A model generated the notes under the pieces. The model ran no database searches. It worked only from the letters and a program-made list of their open reading frames with translations, and was not told the origin of the DNA. The position numbers were made by a program, and so were the translations under genes. From Gemmatimonadales bacterium (GTDB lineage Bacteria > Gemmatimonadota > Gemmatimonadetes > Gemmatimonadales > GWC2-71-9), in contig OZ252244.1 of the NCBI GenBank assembly GCA_965249575.1, positions 96,001 to 160,000 of the forward strand: a DNA stretch of 64,000 bases, read 5' to 3'. Below, in pieces: positions 9,705 through 20,129 of the stretch. Position 1 is the stretch's first letter. The number at the start of each line of letters is the position of its first letter.

Positions 9705-10270
9705 CTACCCGAGCACGATGTGGACCCGGTGTTCGCGACCATCCTCGGTCAGGGGAACCGACCCCTCGACCGGAAGCGTCGTTCCGTCGAGACTGACACT
9801 GGACAGTCCTCGACAGACTCCGTTGGGATTTTCGACCTCGATCCGATAGACCGTGTCGCCATGTCGGTAGACGATTCCGAAACGGTTCCATTCTCGAGGA
9901 ATGCATGGATCGATGCGGACCGTAGAGCCGCGCTTTTGGAATCCGAGGATCGACTCCAAGCCCGCGCGGTACAGCCAAGCCGCACCCCCGGTGTACCACG
10001 TCCATCCTCCCCGTCCCACGTGGGCCGGGGCGGAATAGACATCTGCCGCGACGACGTAGGGTTCCACCTTGTAACGCGAAACGCTCGCACGACGACTCGC
10101 ATGGTGAATGGGGTTCAGCAGGTTGAAAAGGTCGAAGCTCTTATCTCCCTCGCCAAGCTGAGCGAACGCCATGACCGACCAGAGGGCGGCGTGCGTATAC
10201 TGCCCCCCGTTCTCCCGGATGCCGGGCAGGTACCCCTTGATGTACCCGGGGTCCAGCGTCGTCCGGTCGC
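9705..10270 (-). pseudogene. C-terminal remnant (~190 aa) of a GH94 glycoside phosphorylase / NdvB-Cgs-type protein
   Basis: DPGYIKGYLPGIRENGGQYTHAA, YKVEPYVVAADVY, GRGGWTWYTG; homology stops upstream of DRTTLDPG. Confidence 0.9.
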
Positions 10271-10408
10271 GTCCGAACGCGATCAATGCTCGTGGTCCCT
10301 TTTCTGCTGGGACGCGGAAGCAGCCGTCATCCGCTGCGGTCTTTTGTGGGATTCCTGCGATCGTTGGCATCAGCCTCGGGTAGGTTCGCCGCCCGACGAT
10401 CCCTCGCG

Positions 10409-10648
10409 TCATCGCAGGTCGTCGAGTGAACAATACGGTACGAGGCCATCGATGATGCGACGTCCGAACGCGTGACAACCGCGAATAGCCGCCTCCTCGG
10501 TCCGGAACGTCTGCGGACCGCTGAACGCGCGCCGCTTTGAGCGGTACGCGATCACGAGATCCACGGTCCATCGCCAGGTGCCGTTGATCTGAAACGTGCG
10601 AGGCGTGATCGTCCACCCGCGATACGTGAGCGAATTCACCGGAGGCAT
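10409..10648 (-). CDS. Small hypothetical protein (resembles CV_2116-type domain)
   Basis: YRGWTITP...TFRTEEAAIRGCHAFGRRIIDG pattern; purine-rich GGAGAGG upstream. Confidence 0.65.
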   Translation of the reverse strand: MPPVNSLTYRGWTITPRTFQINGTWRWTVDLVIAYRSKRRAFSGPQTFRTEEAAIRGCHAFGRRIIDGLVPYCSLDDLR

Positions 10649-10693
10649 CCTTAGGTCACCTACCTCTCCTGCGTCGAACAAGCCAGCACCGAT

Positions 10694-10957
10694 CTACCGC
10701 AACGGCGTCACCCAATCATATGATAGATCGACATACGGCCGACGGTCCCCAGAGTTCGGCGAGAAGAGTCGCACGGTGCGAGCGGTCATCGATATGAGTC
10801 TTCCCTCATAGACGGTGTGACGGTTCAACCAAGCGACCGTGGGCACGCCACGGCTCGTCTTGAGCTTGAAGTAACGTGTGGGTGAGATCATGTCGGACCC
10901 CGGGCGCACCGCGAGGTGTCGTGCTTCGAGAACTGGCGGACTTCTCCCTTCGGCGAG
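10694..10957 (-). CDS. Possible small hypothetical protein
   Basis: Plausible composition (YEGRLISMTARTVRLFSP), co-oriented with the next gene; start uncertain. Confidence 0.35.
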   Translation of the reverse strand, partial: LAEGRSPPVLEARHLAVRPGSDMISPTRYFKLKTSRGVPTVAWLNRHTVYEGRLISMTARTVRLFSPNSGDRRPYVDLSYDWVTPLR

Positions 10958-11133
10958 CATCTCGCCGGGGACAATAAAGGCGGGACCAGCGCTGACGCTC
11001 CATCCCGCCTTATCGGCTCTGGACGGGCGCGTCCGTCGCGGCGCCCGACAATTGAAGCTTAGTCCGTCACACACGCCCAGTCAACGAGGGTGCATCGCTC
11101 GTGGTCCCGATATTGGACCATGAGGCTGACACC

Positions 11134-11162
11134 TTCCCATTCACCGCTGATGCGTCTAGCTT
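11134..11162 (+). promoter_or_regulatory. Putative sigma70 promoter of the cold-shock transcript
   Basis: TTCCCA-N17-TAGCTT; same -10 hexamer as the rpsT promoter. Confidence 0.45.
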
Positions 11163-11213
11163 GGTGAGAGCAGGCGTTCGTTTGGAGCGGCGCGGAAGGC
11201 TAGCGAACGTTGC

Positions 11214-11254
11214 ATGGGGAACGTGGCAAGACGCACGGTCCCCATTTTGTTTTT
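11214..11254 (+). terminator. Intrinsic terminator-like hairpin upstream of the csp gene
   Basis: ATGGGGAACGTG-loop-CACGGTCCCCAT (11/12 pairs) followed by TTTGTTTTT. Confidence 0.65.
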
Positions 11255-11370
11255 GGCAGTACGCCGCGCGGTGCGGCGACCCGCCGCGGGGCAACCTGTG
11301 GACAACACGATGCGAAGTCGGGAGTGCGGGCGTTCCGGACCCCAACGAGCATCAAAGAGAGGAATGCGAC

Positions 11371-11583
11371 ATGTCACGCATCACCGGCAAGGTGAAGTGG
11401 TTCAATGATCAGAAGGGCTTTGGTTTTATCACGCCCGACAATGGCGAAAAAGACTGCTTCGTCCATCATTCGGCAATCCAGAGCAGCGGCTTCAAGACGC
11501 TCGGTGAGGGCGAAGCCCTGGAGTTCGATCAGGTGCAGGGCCAGAAAGGGCCGGCGGCTGAGAACGTCACCAAACTCGCCTAA
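11371..11583 (+). CDS. csp: Cold-shock protein (CspA family)
   Basis: GKVKWFN, RNP1 KGFGFI, RNP2 [28 protein letters not shown]. Confidence 0.97.
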   Translation: MSRITGKVKWFNDQKGFGFITPDNGEKDCFVHHSAIQSSGFKTLGEGEALEFDQVQGQKGPAAENVTKLA

Positions 11584-12064
11584 CCGAGCACCGTAACAAC
11601 CACGGTAGCGGGGGTCGCATCGTCATCATCGACCGACCCCAGCGCTACCCGCCTCGTCGTAGACGCCCGCAAAGAACAGGTCGACGGTCGCAACGGTCCG
11701 CATGGCGCGGTGGGTGAGGAAGAGCCACGACTCGTCGGGGGCCGCGACCCTCGGCCATCGGCGGCCAGCGCGGAGAGCTGGATCTGGAGCCTGAGTCTCC
11801 CGGGCGAGGGGCCCCTCCCCAGGGGGCGCTGGCGTCCGGTAGCAATCGCACGAACCTCCCCAGATAACACCCCGCCCCCGCCCCCGCTCCCACCGATCCA
11901 GACCCGCCATCCGGGGTACGCGATAGTGCAGAGAGCACCATGGGCGGCCCTGCCGCGATCATGAGCAGGATCATTGCGGTGAGGGCAAATTCGTGAAGAG
12001 CGTCTCACGCGAGAATGCAAACACCTTCAGCGGGCCGGCTATTGACTTACCGTCGCACGAACAG

Positions 12065-12088
12065 AGTGTCATACATAAGAATGACACT
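12065..12088. promoter_or_regulatory. Inverted repeat, candidate TetR operator
   Basis: AGTGTCAT-N8-ATGACACT immediately before the TetR remnant; TTGACT at 12042. Confidence 0.45.
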
Positions 12089-12094
12089 GTGGGT

Positions 12095-12197
12095 ATGACG
12101 GCCCAGCTCATTGGGGCTGCTACCCAGTTGTTCGCGCGCCACGGCTACGAGGCAACGTCGGTGCGCGCCATTACGAGGGCGGGCGACACGCATCTCC
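12095..12197 (+). pseudogene. TetR/AcrR regulator N-terminal remnant
   Basis: LIGAATQLFARHGYEATSVRAITRA, then loss of the expected recognition helix (YHF.SKE). Confidence 0.7.
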
Positions 12198-12467
12198 GTC
12201 GATTACGTGTTGCCTCAAGTGAACAGGAGAGCGGGACGAGGGCCGGGTTCGCAACCGTGCTGGGTCGGAGCGTGCAGTACCTGGTTCCGTACCAATGGGC
12301 CCGACCCCTGCGTCATCGAATGAACGCGGAGGCCAGTCGTTTTCGAGCACTTGCGCCTTGTCTCGAACGCACTGCGTGCAGCGCTAGTCCCAAGGCGTGC
12401 TCGCCGCCACTTTGGTCGTTCACCGGCGGAGGCTCTTGGCCAGTCCACTGACCGATCGGAGACACCG

Positions 12468-12922
12468 ATGCCAACGTGTCGGGCAACGACAGCGCGCGTA
12501 GCAATGATCGCCACAGCAGGGCTGATGCTTGCCGGGATCGCGGCACCCAGCGCAGTGGGTGCGCAAGACACCACCGATAGCCACACCGCTGTGGTATTAC
12601 CGCCTTCCTCACGGAACGCCGTCCTGGCGGAGATGCGTATGATGCTGGGTTCCGAGCAAGGGATTCTGGATGGAGCCACACGCCGCGATCGGGACGCTAT
12701 GCGGGCCGCGGCGGCGGCCTCAGGAACGGCAATGGCGGCGGATCCCGCGGTCGCGTCGCTCCTGCCGCAGGATTTTCTCGCCTTGGGGATGGCAACCCAT
12801 CCGACGCCCTCGTGGCAGCGATCGATGCCGGCGGCGGCGCAGACAGCGGGGTGGCCCACCTCGCCCGCCTCACCTCGCAGTGCGTGGCCTGTCACGCCAC
12901 GTACCGACTCTCGACGCCGTAG
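12468..12922 (+). pseudogene. Exported class-II (c'-like) cytochrome c, frameshifted at ~12801
   Basis: Signal peptide, VLAEMR, LGMATH; shifted frame reads DALVAAIDAG...LTSQCVACHATYRLSTP* with C-terminal CXXCH. Confidence 0.8.
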
Positions 12923-12949
12923 CGTACCGCGTTCTTCGGAGTTAGGCCC

Positions 12950-14302
12950 ATGAGACCGTGTTCCCAACTCACCGCGATCGCATTCGTGGTGCTCTCCACT
13001 CAACCAGGGCTGGCGCAAGAGGCACCGCCCCCTGGCCGCATGATGCTCTCGGAGGCAGTGCGCCTGGCGATGCAGCACGACCCAATGCTGCGGGGATCGG
13101 CGGCCGGCACTGCCGCGGCGGACGCCGCCGTGGGGGAAGCGAGGGCCGCCTGGTTCCCCACGGTGGCGCTGACGGCATCGGCAACCCAGTACGAGCAACC
13201 GATGATCGTGAATCCGATTCACGGGTTCCAGCCCGGCCAAACGCCCGCGTTCGACCGGACACTCATTCAATTCGGTGGCACCGTGCAGTACACCGTCTTC
13301 CAGGGGGGAGCGCGCCCCGCCCGCGTTCGGGGAGCTCGGGCACGGGCGGCAGCGGCCGACGCGGGGTTCGTGGAGATCGAGCAAGGGCTGGTCGCCCGCG
13401 TGGTGTTGGCCTACCTCGGAGCACTGACCGCGCGGGGTATCTTGGACGCGCACGACCGGCGCATGGCCGCTCTGGAGTCGCAGCGGTCGCGTGCGCACCA
13501 GCGCCGGGACGCCGGCCAGGCGGCCGACGTGGAGGTGCTACGGGTTGAGGCGGCTCTGGCGCAAGCCCTAGCGGACCGTGTGCAAGCGGCCACCGCGCTC
13601 GATCTAGCCGAACGTGACTTGGCGCGACTGACCGGTACCAGGGTGACCGAAGTCAGGGCGGACCGGCTGGTTTCGGTCAGGGCGCGTGAGTACGATCTGC
13701 CGGGCCGAGACGTCTTGCTCACGCGCGCCCTCCAAGCCAATCCCGCGGTCGAGCGGGTCCAACGCGAGGCAGCGGCGGCCGAAGCCGCGCGAGCAGTCAC
13801 CAGGAGCCTCCGCTGGCCCAGCCTCGACATCTTCGGCAGGTACCTGGACCGGGGAGGTGCGGACGGAAACTTCCTCGCGGAGTGGAATGTGGGAGTCCAG
13901 TTCACGTATCCGGTTTTCGCGGGTGGTGCCGTGAGTCGGGCCATCGCCCGATCTGATGCCGAGAGGCGAGCGGCTGCAGAGCATGTCCGCCTTGTCGAAT
14001 TGCAGGTGGCTCACAGCGTCGACCGCGCTCGGTCGGCGCTCCAGGAGTCGCGAGCGCGAGTCGCGAGCCTGGAGACCGCGGCCCACCGCTATGCCGAGGT
14101 GGTGCGCATCGAGGTGTTGCGGCTCGATGCCGGCGTGGGTACGCAGAGCGATTACCTGAACGCTGAAGCGGACTTATTGACGGCCCAGGCGGCCCTCGTG
14201 GAGGCCCGCCACCGCGAGATTGCGGCTCGAGTACACCTCACGCAGACCACCGGAGAGCTCGAGGCCGAGTGGCTCGCGAAGAACTTGGAGCTGGCACCAT
14301 GA
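12950..14302 (+). CDS. TolC family outer-membrane efflux protein
   Basis: Signal peptide, two OEP repeats (ARAAWFPTVAL; RWPSLDI...YPVFAGG), DYLNAEADL. Confidence 0.9.
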   Translation: MRPCSQLTAIAFVVLSTQPGLAQEAPPPGRMMLSEAVRLAMQHDPMLRGSAAGTAAADAAVGEARAAWFPTVALTASATQYEQPMIVNPIHGFQPGQTPAFDRTLIQFGGTVQYTVFQGGARPARVRGARARAAAADAGFVEIEQGLVARVVLAYLGALTARGILDAHDRRMAALESQRSRAHQRRDAGQAADVEVLRVEAALAQALADRVQAATALDLAERDLARLTGTRVTEVRADRLVSVRAREYDLPGRDVLLTRALQANPAVERVQREAAAAEAARAVTRSLRWPSLDIFGRYLDRGGADGNFLAEWNVGVQFTYPVFAGGAVSRAIARSDAERRAAAEHVRLVELQVAHSVDRARSALQESRARVASLETAAHRYAEVVRIEVLRLDAGVGTQSDYLNAEADLLTAQAALVEARHREIAARVHLTQTTGELEAEWLAKNLELAP

Positions 14303-15296
14303 GCCCAAAATAGTGTCGGGCGCTCGTCTTGGCGTTGCTCGGCGCCGGGACGGGTGTCCTCTGGTTGATTTTCTCCGGCGGTGGCGGGGATGACGGATCG
14401 CTCATCGCCTCCGGAACGGTCGAGGCCACTGAGGCCCGGTGTTGGGTTTCCAGGCGGCAGGGCGGCTCGAGCAGATCCTCGTGCGAGAAGGCGACCATGT
14501 CAGGGCGGGTCAGGAGCTGGCATATCTCGACCGCGCCGAGATGATGGCGCGCCGGGCGCAGGCGGAAGCACAGGTTGTTGCGGCGCGCGCGCGCTTGAGG
14601 GAATTGGAGCGAGGATTCCGAAGCGAAGAGATCGCCCAGGCTCGGGCGGGACGGGATGCGGCCAAACAGCGCCTGACCGATGCTGCGCGGGATCTCCAGC
14701 GGGCCAATCGCCTCTTCGAAGGCGGTGCCATCAGCCGGGAAGCCTATGACAAGGCCGCCGTCGCACACGAGGTAACTGTTAACCAGCACACCCAGGCCGA
14801 CGAACAGTTGAAGCTCATGGAGGCGGGGCCGAGGCAGGAACGTATCGAGGCACAGCGGGCACAGCTGGCTCAGACCAGGGCGTCTCTTCAAGCCATCGAA
14901 GCTGCACTGGCAAGCATGGCGGTCGTGGCGCCGTTTGACGCGGTGGTCACAGTACGTCATCACGAGCCCCAAGAGACCGTGAGCCCGGGAGTTCCCGTGC
15001 TCACGATCATGAACCCCGACGACCGATGGGTGCGGATCTACGTGAGGGAAAACCGCATCGGCGCCGTGAGGCTTGGGACGCGCGCCGTGGTGACCTCGGA
15101 CACGTATCCGGAAAGAGAATACGACGGTGAGGTGATGTTTATCGCGTCGGAAGCAGAGTTCACCCCCAAAAACGTCCAGACGACCGAGGAACGCGTGAAA
15201 CTCGTGTACGCCGTAAATGTGCGCATCACCGGTGATGCGCAACATGAGCTCAAGCCGGGGATGCCGGCGGACGTTTGGCTCGAGCTGGCTTCTTGA
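14299..15296 (+). pseudogene. HlyD/YbhG-like membrane fusion protein, disrupted (in-frame TAG 14311-14313; frameshift ~14439)
   Basis: SGTVEATE / LGFQAAGRLEQILVREGD, AEFTPKNVQTTEERVKLVY, LKPGMPAD. Confidence 0.85.
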
Positions 15297-16234
15297 CGGG
15301 GGGTGCGCAGCCGGCGATCGAGGTCACGAGGCTGAGTCGCCGCTTCGGCTCGCTGGTGGCAGTGGATGAACTGAGCTTTGCCGTGCGCCTTGGCGAGCTG
15401 TTCGGGCTGGTCGGACCGGACGGCGCCGGCAAGACAACGACGCTGAGGATGCTCTCCGGCGTACTGCCCCCCACGGCAGGTGACGCGATCATGAATGGTG
15501 TCAGCGTCGCCCGCGACGGCGAGCGTGTAAAGCACGACATCGCGTACATGTCGCAGCGGTTCGGATTGTACACCGACCTTACCGTCAGCGAAAACCTCCA
15601 ATTCTACGCCGATCTCTATCTGGTCCCTAGAACGAAACGGGCTGCCAGACTCGAGCGTCTCTTTCGCTTCTCGAACCTCGGTCCCTTCCGAGACCGCCTG
15701 GCCGGCAACCTCTCCGGGGGGATGAAGCAGAAGCTCGGCCTCTCGTGTGCCTTGATTCATCAACCGAAGATCCTGCTCTTGGACGAACCGACGTTCGGGG
15801 TCGATCCGATTTCTCGTCGGGATCTCTGGCTGATCATCCACGAGATGGTGGCGCAGGGAGTGACGGTGGTGGTGAGCACGGCGTACATGGACGAGGCCGA
15901 GCGGTTCGATCGCCTTGCCCTGCTGAATCGGGGACGCGTTCTCGCGCTGGACACCCCCAACGCGCTGCGTGAGAGCATGCCGGGAGATGTGCTCGAGGTC
16001 GCGGTGGATGGGGTGCGGGCAGCCCGAGACACTCTGCGAAATCACCCGGCCGTGCGCCGAGCCGCCCCCTTCGGCAAGCACTTACACGTGGTCGTGGGCG
16101 ATGCGTCTGCCGATGCCCCGCTCATCGCCGCCGCGTTGCGGGAGGCCCGTTTCACGGTGCACGGGGTACGCCCGCTGGCTCCGTCGGTCGAGGACGTGTT
16201 CATCGACCGGATCGCCGAGGCGGACGCGGCGTGA
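15293..16234 (+). CDS. ABC transporter ATP-binding protein (YbhF-like)
   Basis: GPDGAGKTT, LSGGMKQK, LLLDEPT. Confidence 0.93.
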   Translation: MTGGAQPAIEVTRLSRRFGSLVAVDELSFAVRLGELFGLVGPDGAGKTTTLRMLSGVLPPTAGDAIMNGVSVARDGERVKHDIAYMSQRFGLYTDLTVSENLQFYADLYLVPRTKRAARLERLFRFSNLGPFRDRLAGNLSGGMKQKLGLSCALIHQPKILLLDEPTFGVDPISRRDLWLIIHEMVAQGVTVVVSTAYMDEAERFDRLALLNRGRVLALDTPNALRESMPGDVLEVAVDGVRAARDTLRNHPAVRRAAPFGKHLHVVVGDASADAPLIAAALREARFTVHGVRPLAPSVEDVFIDRIAEADAA

Positions 16235-17184
16235 ACGAACCTGCCAGCCGCGTCAGGGTGTTTGCGGACGGACTCACAAAGCGCTTTGGCGATTTCGTGG
16301 CGGTGGATCACGTTTCGTTCGAGGTATCGGAGGGCGAGATCTTCGGGTTTCTCGGGCCAAACGGTGCGGGAAAGACGACCACGATCAAGATGTTGGCGGG
16401 CCTGTTACTACCAACGTCTGGACGGGGTCCGGTTGCAGGCCTCGACATCATGACCCAAACCGACACCATCAAGCGAAACATCGGCTACATGTCGCAGCTG
16501 TTCTCGCTCTACGCCGATCTCACGGTCGAGGGGAACATCAAGTTCTTCTCCCAACTCTACAACGTGCCGCGGGAACAGCGGCCTGGGCGGCGAGACTGGG
16601 TGCTCGAGATGGCGGGGCTGACGGATCACCGTCGACGGCTAACCGCGGCGCTTCCGCTGGGCTGGAAGCAGCGGCTTGCGCTCGGCTGTGCCGTTCTCCA
16701 CGAGCCGCCCATTTTGTTCCTGGATGAGCCCACGTCGGGCGTCGATCCCATCTCCCGCCGCCACTTTTGGGAGTTGATCTACGCTCTCGCCGAGCATCAA
16801 ACCACCGTTTTCGTCACCACGCACTACATGGAAGAAGCGGAGTACTGTCACCGACTCGCCCTCATGAACCGAGGACGGCTGATAGCGCTCGATACACCCG
16901 ATGCGCTACGTCGGGCGACACAGGACCCCATTCTCGAAGTTCGAGTCGACGACAGTCCGAGAGCGACCGAGGCGCTGCAGGGCGCTCCAGGCATCTTGGA
17001 AGCCGCAATGTTCGGTCGAGCCCTCCACGTGGCGGTTCTGGACGCTGCGGCGGCGAGGGAGAGCCTGCCTGCGCTACTAGCATCGGAGGGGATCGCCGTG
17101 AAAGGAATCGAGCAAGTCACGCCGTCCCTGGAGGACGTGTTCGTGTCACGAGTGCGCGCCGAGGGTGGGGCGCCCGTAGAGTAG
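16231..17184 (+). CDS. ABC transporter ATP-binding protein (YbhF-like, second NBD)
   Basis: GPNGAGKTT, variant signature LPLGWKQR, LFLDEPT, TTHYMEEAE. Confidence 0.93.
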   Translation: MNEPASRVRVFADGLTKRFGDFVAVDHVSFEVSEGEIFGFLGPNGAGKTTTIKMLAGLLLPTSGRGPVAGLDIMTQTDTIKRNIGYMSQLFSLYADLTVEGNIKFFSQLYNVPREQRPGRRDWVLEMAGLTDHRRRLTAALPLGWKQRLALGCAVLHEPPILFLDEPTSGVDPISRRHFWELIYALAEHQTTVFVTTHYMEEAEYCHRLALMNRGRLIALDTPDALRRATQDPILEVRVDDSPRATEALQGAPGILEAAMFGRALHVAVLDAAAARESLPALLASEGIAVKGIEQVTPSLEDVFVSRVRAEGGAPVE

Positions 17185-17277
17185 CGTGAATACCCCAGAT
17201 GTGAGGGCGCCAGGGCACGGCGGGGGCATGAGACGTCGAAGGCCGGTACGGCCATGGCGGGAAGAGACCGGACGTCA

Positions 17278-18393
17278 ATGAGGGGAACGCGCCTGCTGGC
17301 GATCGCTCGCAAGGAGGTGATTCAGCTCCGCCGAGACACCCGGAGTTTGATCCTCGCATTCATGCTGCCAGTACTCCTGGTGATCCTCTTCGGGTACGCC
17401 ATCAGCTGGGACGTGAACGACATCGAAACGGCAGTACTCGACCAGGATCAGTCCGCCCGGAGCCGGGAGCTACTCGATGCCTTCTGGTCGTCCGGTTACT
17501 TCACCCTCGTAGCTCGGCTCCAGCGCAGCGCCGACATCGATCGACTGCTCGACGCTGGACGCATACGGATCGCTCTCGTGATCCCCCCTGACTTCGCTCG
17601 GGACCTGGATGCCGGTCGAACCGCACAAGTTCAAGCCATCACGGATGGGAGCGATGCGAACACCGCCACGATCGCCCTCGGGTACGCCGGCGCGATCATC
17701 AGCTCGTACTCCATGCGGGCTCGCATTGGGGGGGTTCAGACCAACCTCTCCGTCCAGCCTCGGACGCGCATCTGGTACAACGAAGAGTTGTTGAGCAAGA
17801 ACATGATCGTGCCCGGACTGGTCGCCGTGATCATGATGATCATCGCAGCAATGCTGACATCCCTCACGATCGCCCGCGAGTGGGAGCGGGGCACCATGGA
17901 ACAACTGGCCGCGACCCCAGTCCGGCGTACGGAAGTGGTCGTCGGCAAGCTGCTGCCGTACCTCGGCATCGGACTGATCGACGTCGTGGTCGTGAGTGTG
18001 ATCGGGGTCGTCCTGTTCGGCGTTCCCTTCCGAGGAAACGTGTTCCTCCTGATGGCGCTCTCCTTCGCATTCCTCGTCGGTGCGTTGGGGCTGGGAATGT
18101 TCATCTCGGCTGTCGCTCGATCCCAGCTCCTCGCCACGCAGTTGGCGATGGTCGCAACTTTTCTACCGGCGTTTCTCCTCTCGGGATTCATGTACTCCAT
18201 CGACGTCATGCCGCCGGCATTACAGGCCGTCACGTACCTCGTGCCCGCTCGCTATTTCCTCGTGGTGACAAAAGGGATCTTTCTGAAGGGCGTGGGGGTC
18301 GACGTGCTCCGGACGCAAGGGCTCTTGATGATCGCCTTCGCCATCGTGGGACTCTTCGCGGCCACTCGGGTGTTCAGGAAGGAAATCCTATGA
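17278..18393 (+). CDS. ABC-2 type permease (YbhS-like)
   Basis: ARKEVIQLRRD, AREWERGTMEQL, LLSGF. Confidence 0.92.
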   Translation: MRGTRLLAIARKEVIQLRRDTRSLILAFMLPVLLVILFGYAISWDVNDIETAVLDQDQSARSRELLDAFWSSGYFTLVARLQRSADIDRLLDAGRIRIALVIPPDFARDLDAGRTAQVQAITDGSDANTATIALGYAGAIISSYSMRARIGGVQTNLSVQPRTRIWYNEELLSKNMIVPGLVAVIMMIIAAMLTSLTIAREWERGTMEQLAATPVRRTEVVVGKLLPYLGIGLIDVVVVSVIGVVLFGVPFRGNVFLLMALSFAFLVGALGLGMFISAVARSQLLATQLAMVATFLPAFLLSGFMYSIDVMPPALQAVTYLVPARYFLVVTKGIFLKGVGVDVLRTQGLLMIAFAIVGLFAATRVFRKEIL

Positions 18394-19493
18394 ACATCGA
18401 GCGGGTCGTGGGGATGGTCGGCAAGGAATTCCGTCAGATCTTCCGCGATCCCCGGATGGCGCGGGTCATTTTCGTCGCGCCAGTGATCCAGCTCATCGTC
18501 TTCGGCTACGCCGTTTCCACGGACATCTCAAAGACGGCCACCATGGTCGTAGACCATGATCGGACTCGCGCCTCCCGCGAACTCGTCGAGACACTGACGG
18601 CATCGGGCTACTTCGAGGTCGTGGCGCGCTCCGACCGCCCCGCCGACCTAGTGCGGGCGCTGGATCACGGGGACGCCATCATGGGGGTCGAGATCCCTCC
18701 CAATTTCTCCACCGCGCTTCGGGACGGGACGGGCGCGGAGATTCAGCTCTTACTGGACGGCACTAACTCCAACACGGCGTCCGTGGCTCAGAGTTATGCG
18801 GAGCGGATGGTGCGAGACTACTCGCTCCACGTGAGCGGCTCGCCGCCGCTTGCCATCGATCTCCGGGAGCGACCGTGGTTCAACGCTGACCTTTCGAGTC
18901 GGAACTACAATGTGCCGGCGGTCGTGGGGGCACTAATTCTCCTCGTCTGCCTATTGCTAACGTCGCTAGCGGTCGTTCGCGAGGCGGAGATCGGGACGCT
19001 GGAGCAGCTACGCGTCAGCCCGCTCACCCCTGGGGAACTCATCGTCGGAAAGACCATCCCCTTCGCCGTCATCGGACTGGTCGACCTCGCGGTGGTAACG
19101 ACGGTCGCACTCACGTGGTTCGGGGTGCCGTTCCGCGGGAACCTGGGATTGCTACTGAGTGCGAGCGTTCTCTACCTCCTGTCGGGACTCGGTCTCGGAC
19201 TCCTGATCTCGACCATATCAAAGACACAACAGGAGGCCTTCATGACAAGTTTCCTGGTTTTCCAGCCAGCGATTCTCCTTTCGGGTTTCATGTTTCCCGT
19301 GAGCAGCATGCCGCCGGTGTTCGAGTGGCTGACGCTTCTCAATCCGGTACGGCACTACATCGAGATCGTGCGCGCCATTTTCTTGAAAGGAGTCGGCCTG
19401 ACCGCCCTGTGGCCGCAATACCTCGGGCTCCTGCTGATCGGCACGACTCTCCTTTGGATCGCGGCGCGCCGGTTCCAAAAAGGAGCGACATGA
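18390..19493 (+). CDS. ABC-2 type permease (YbhR-like)
   Basis: KEFRQIFRD, VREAEIGTLEQL, LLSGFMFP; ATGA overlap. Confidence 0.92.
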   Translation: MNIERVVGMVGKEFRQIFRDPRMARVIFVAPVIQLIVFGYAVSTDISKTATMVVDHDRTRASRELVETLTASGYFEVVARSDRPADLVRALDHGDAIMGVEIPPNFSTALRDGTGAEIQLLLDGTNSNTASVAQSYAERMVRDYSLHVSGSPPLAIDLRERPWFNADLSSRNYNVPAVVGALILLVCLLLTSLAVVREAEIGTLEQLRVSPLTPGELIVGKTIPFAVIGLVDLAVVTTVALTWFGVPFRGNLGLLLSASVLYLLSGLGLGLLISTISKTQQEAFMTSFLVFQPAILLSGFMFPVSSMPPVFEWLTLLNPVRHYIEIVRAIFLKGVGLTALWPQYLGLLLIGTTLLWIAARRFQKGAT

Positions 19494-19642
19494 ACACGGC
19501 GAGTCGACCATTCACGGACGGCGTCGTGGAGAACACGGGCGGGCCCGCCGAGGTCAGCATCGAGCTGGCACTCGTGATCGCGGTTCCAGCCCTTCATGGT
19601 CGTCAGGTGTCATGGTATCAGCAAAGAGAGCCAGTTTCAGCT

Positions 19643-20093
19643 TCAGCCCTGCTGCGCCATGAACTCCTCGAACCGCTGCATCAATTCGTCGGGGGGTACC
19701 TCTTCCTTGTGCGTCGAGATAACCCAGACGTGGCCAAACGGATCCTGGATCCTGCCGGATCGATCGCCGTAGAACTGATCCCCGATAGGGATGAGCGACT
19801 TGGCGCCGGCGTCAACCGCACGCCGTACGACGTCGTCCACGTACAGGTGAAAGTTCACGGGCGATCCACCGATGGACAGTGGACCCTGGTTGCCCCACTC
19901 CGGAAACTCGTCGCCGACCATCACGCGCGAATCGCCGATCTCGATTTCGGCGTGAGCAACTTTACCACCCCGCCCGGGTAGGCGCATCACCTCACGCGCG
20001 CCGAACACGGTCTTGTAGAACTCGATCCGCCCCGATGACCGTCAGTGCGGGCGTCACCGCGTGGAAGCCTTCCGGAATTGGATTCACGGCCAT
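19643..20093 (-). pseudogene. PhnB/YjdN-like VOC protein, frameshifting deletion at ~20030
   Basis: MAVNPIPEGFHAVTPAL in one frame; IEFYKTVFGARE...HAEIEIGDS...DQFYGDRSG...DPFGHVW in another. Confidence 0.85.
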
Positions 20094-20129
20094 GGTCGTA
20101 TCCTCGCTCGATGTTTGGGCCGGGACGAC

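Noticed and set aside
11600..12000. Coding or G-quadruplex role of the C-rich tract near 11870-11890
   Set aside because: No coherent ORF; one tract in probably decayed GC-rich DNA is not enough.
14311..14313. In-frame TAG in hlyD as stop-codon recoding or pyrrolysine
   Set aside because: TAG terminates many normal genes here, no pyl genes or suppressor tRNA are present, and the same gene has a second frameshift.
19490..19981. ORF coupled to the last permease (MNTASRPF...)
   Set aside because: It has an RBS and ATGA overlap but runs antisense through the VOC gene with no recognisable content; at most a stub.
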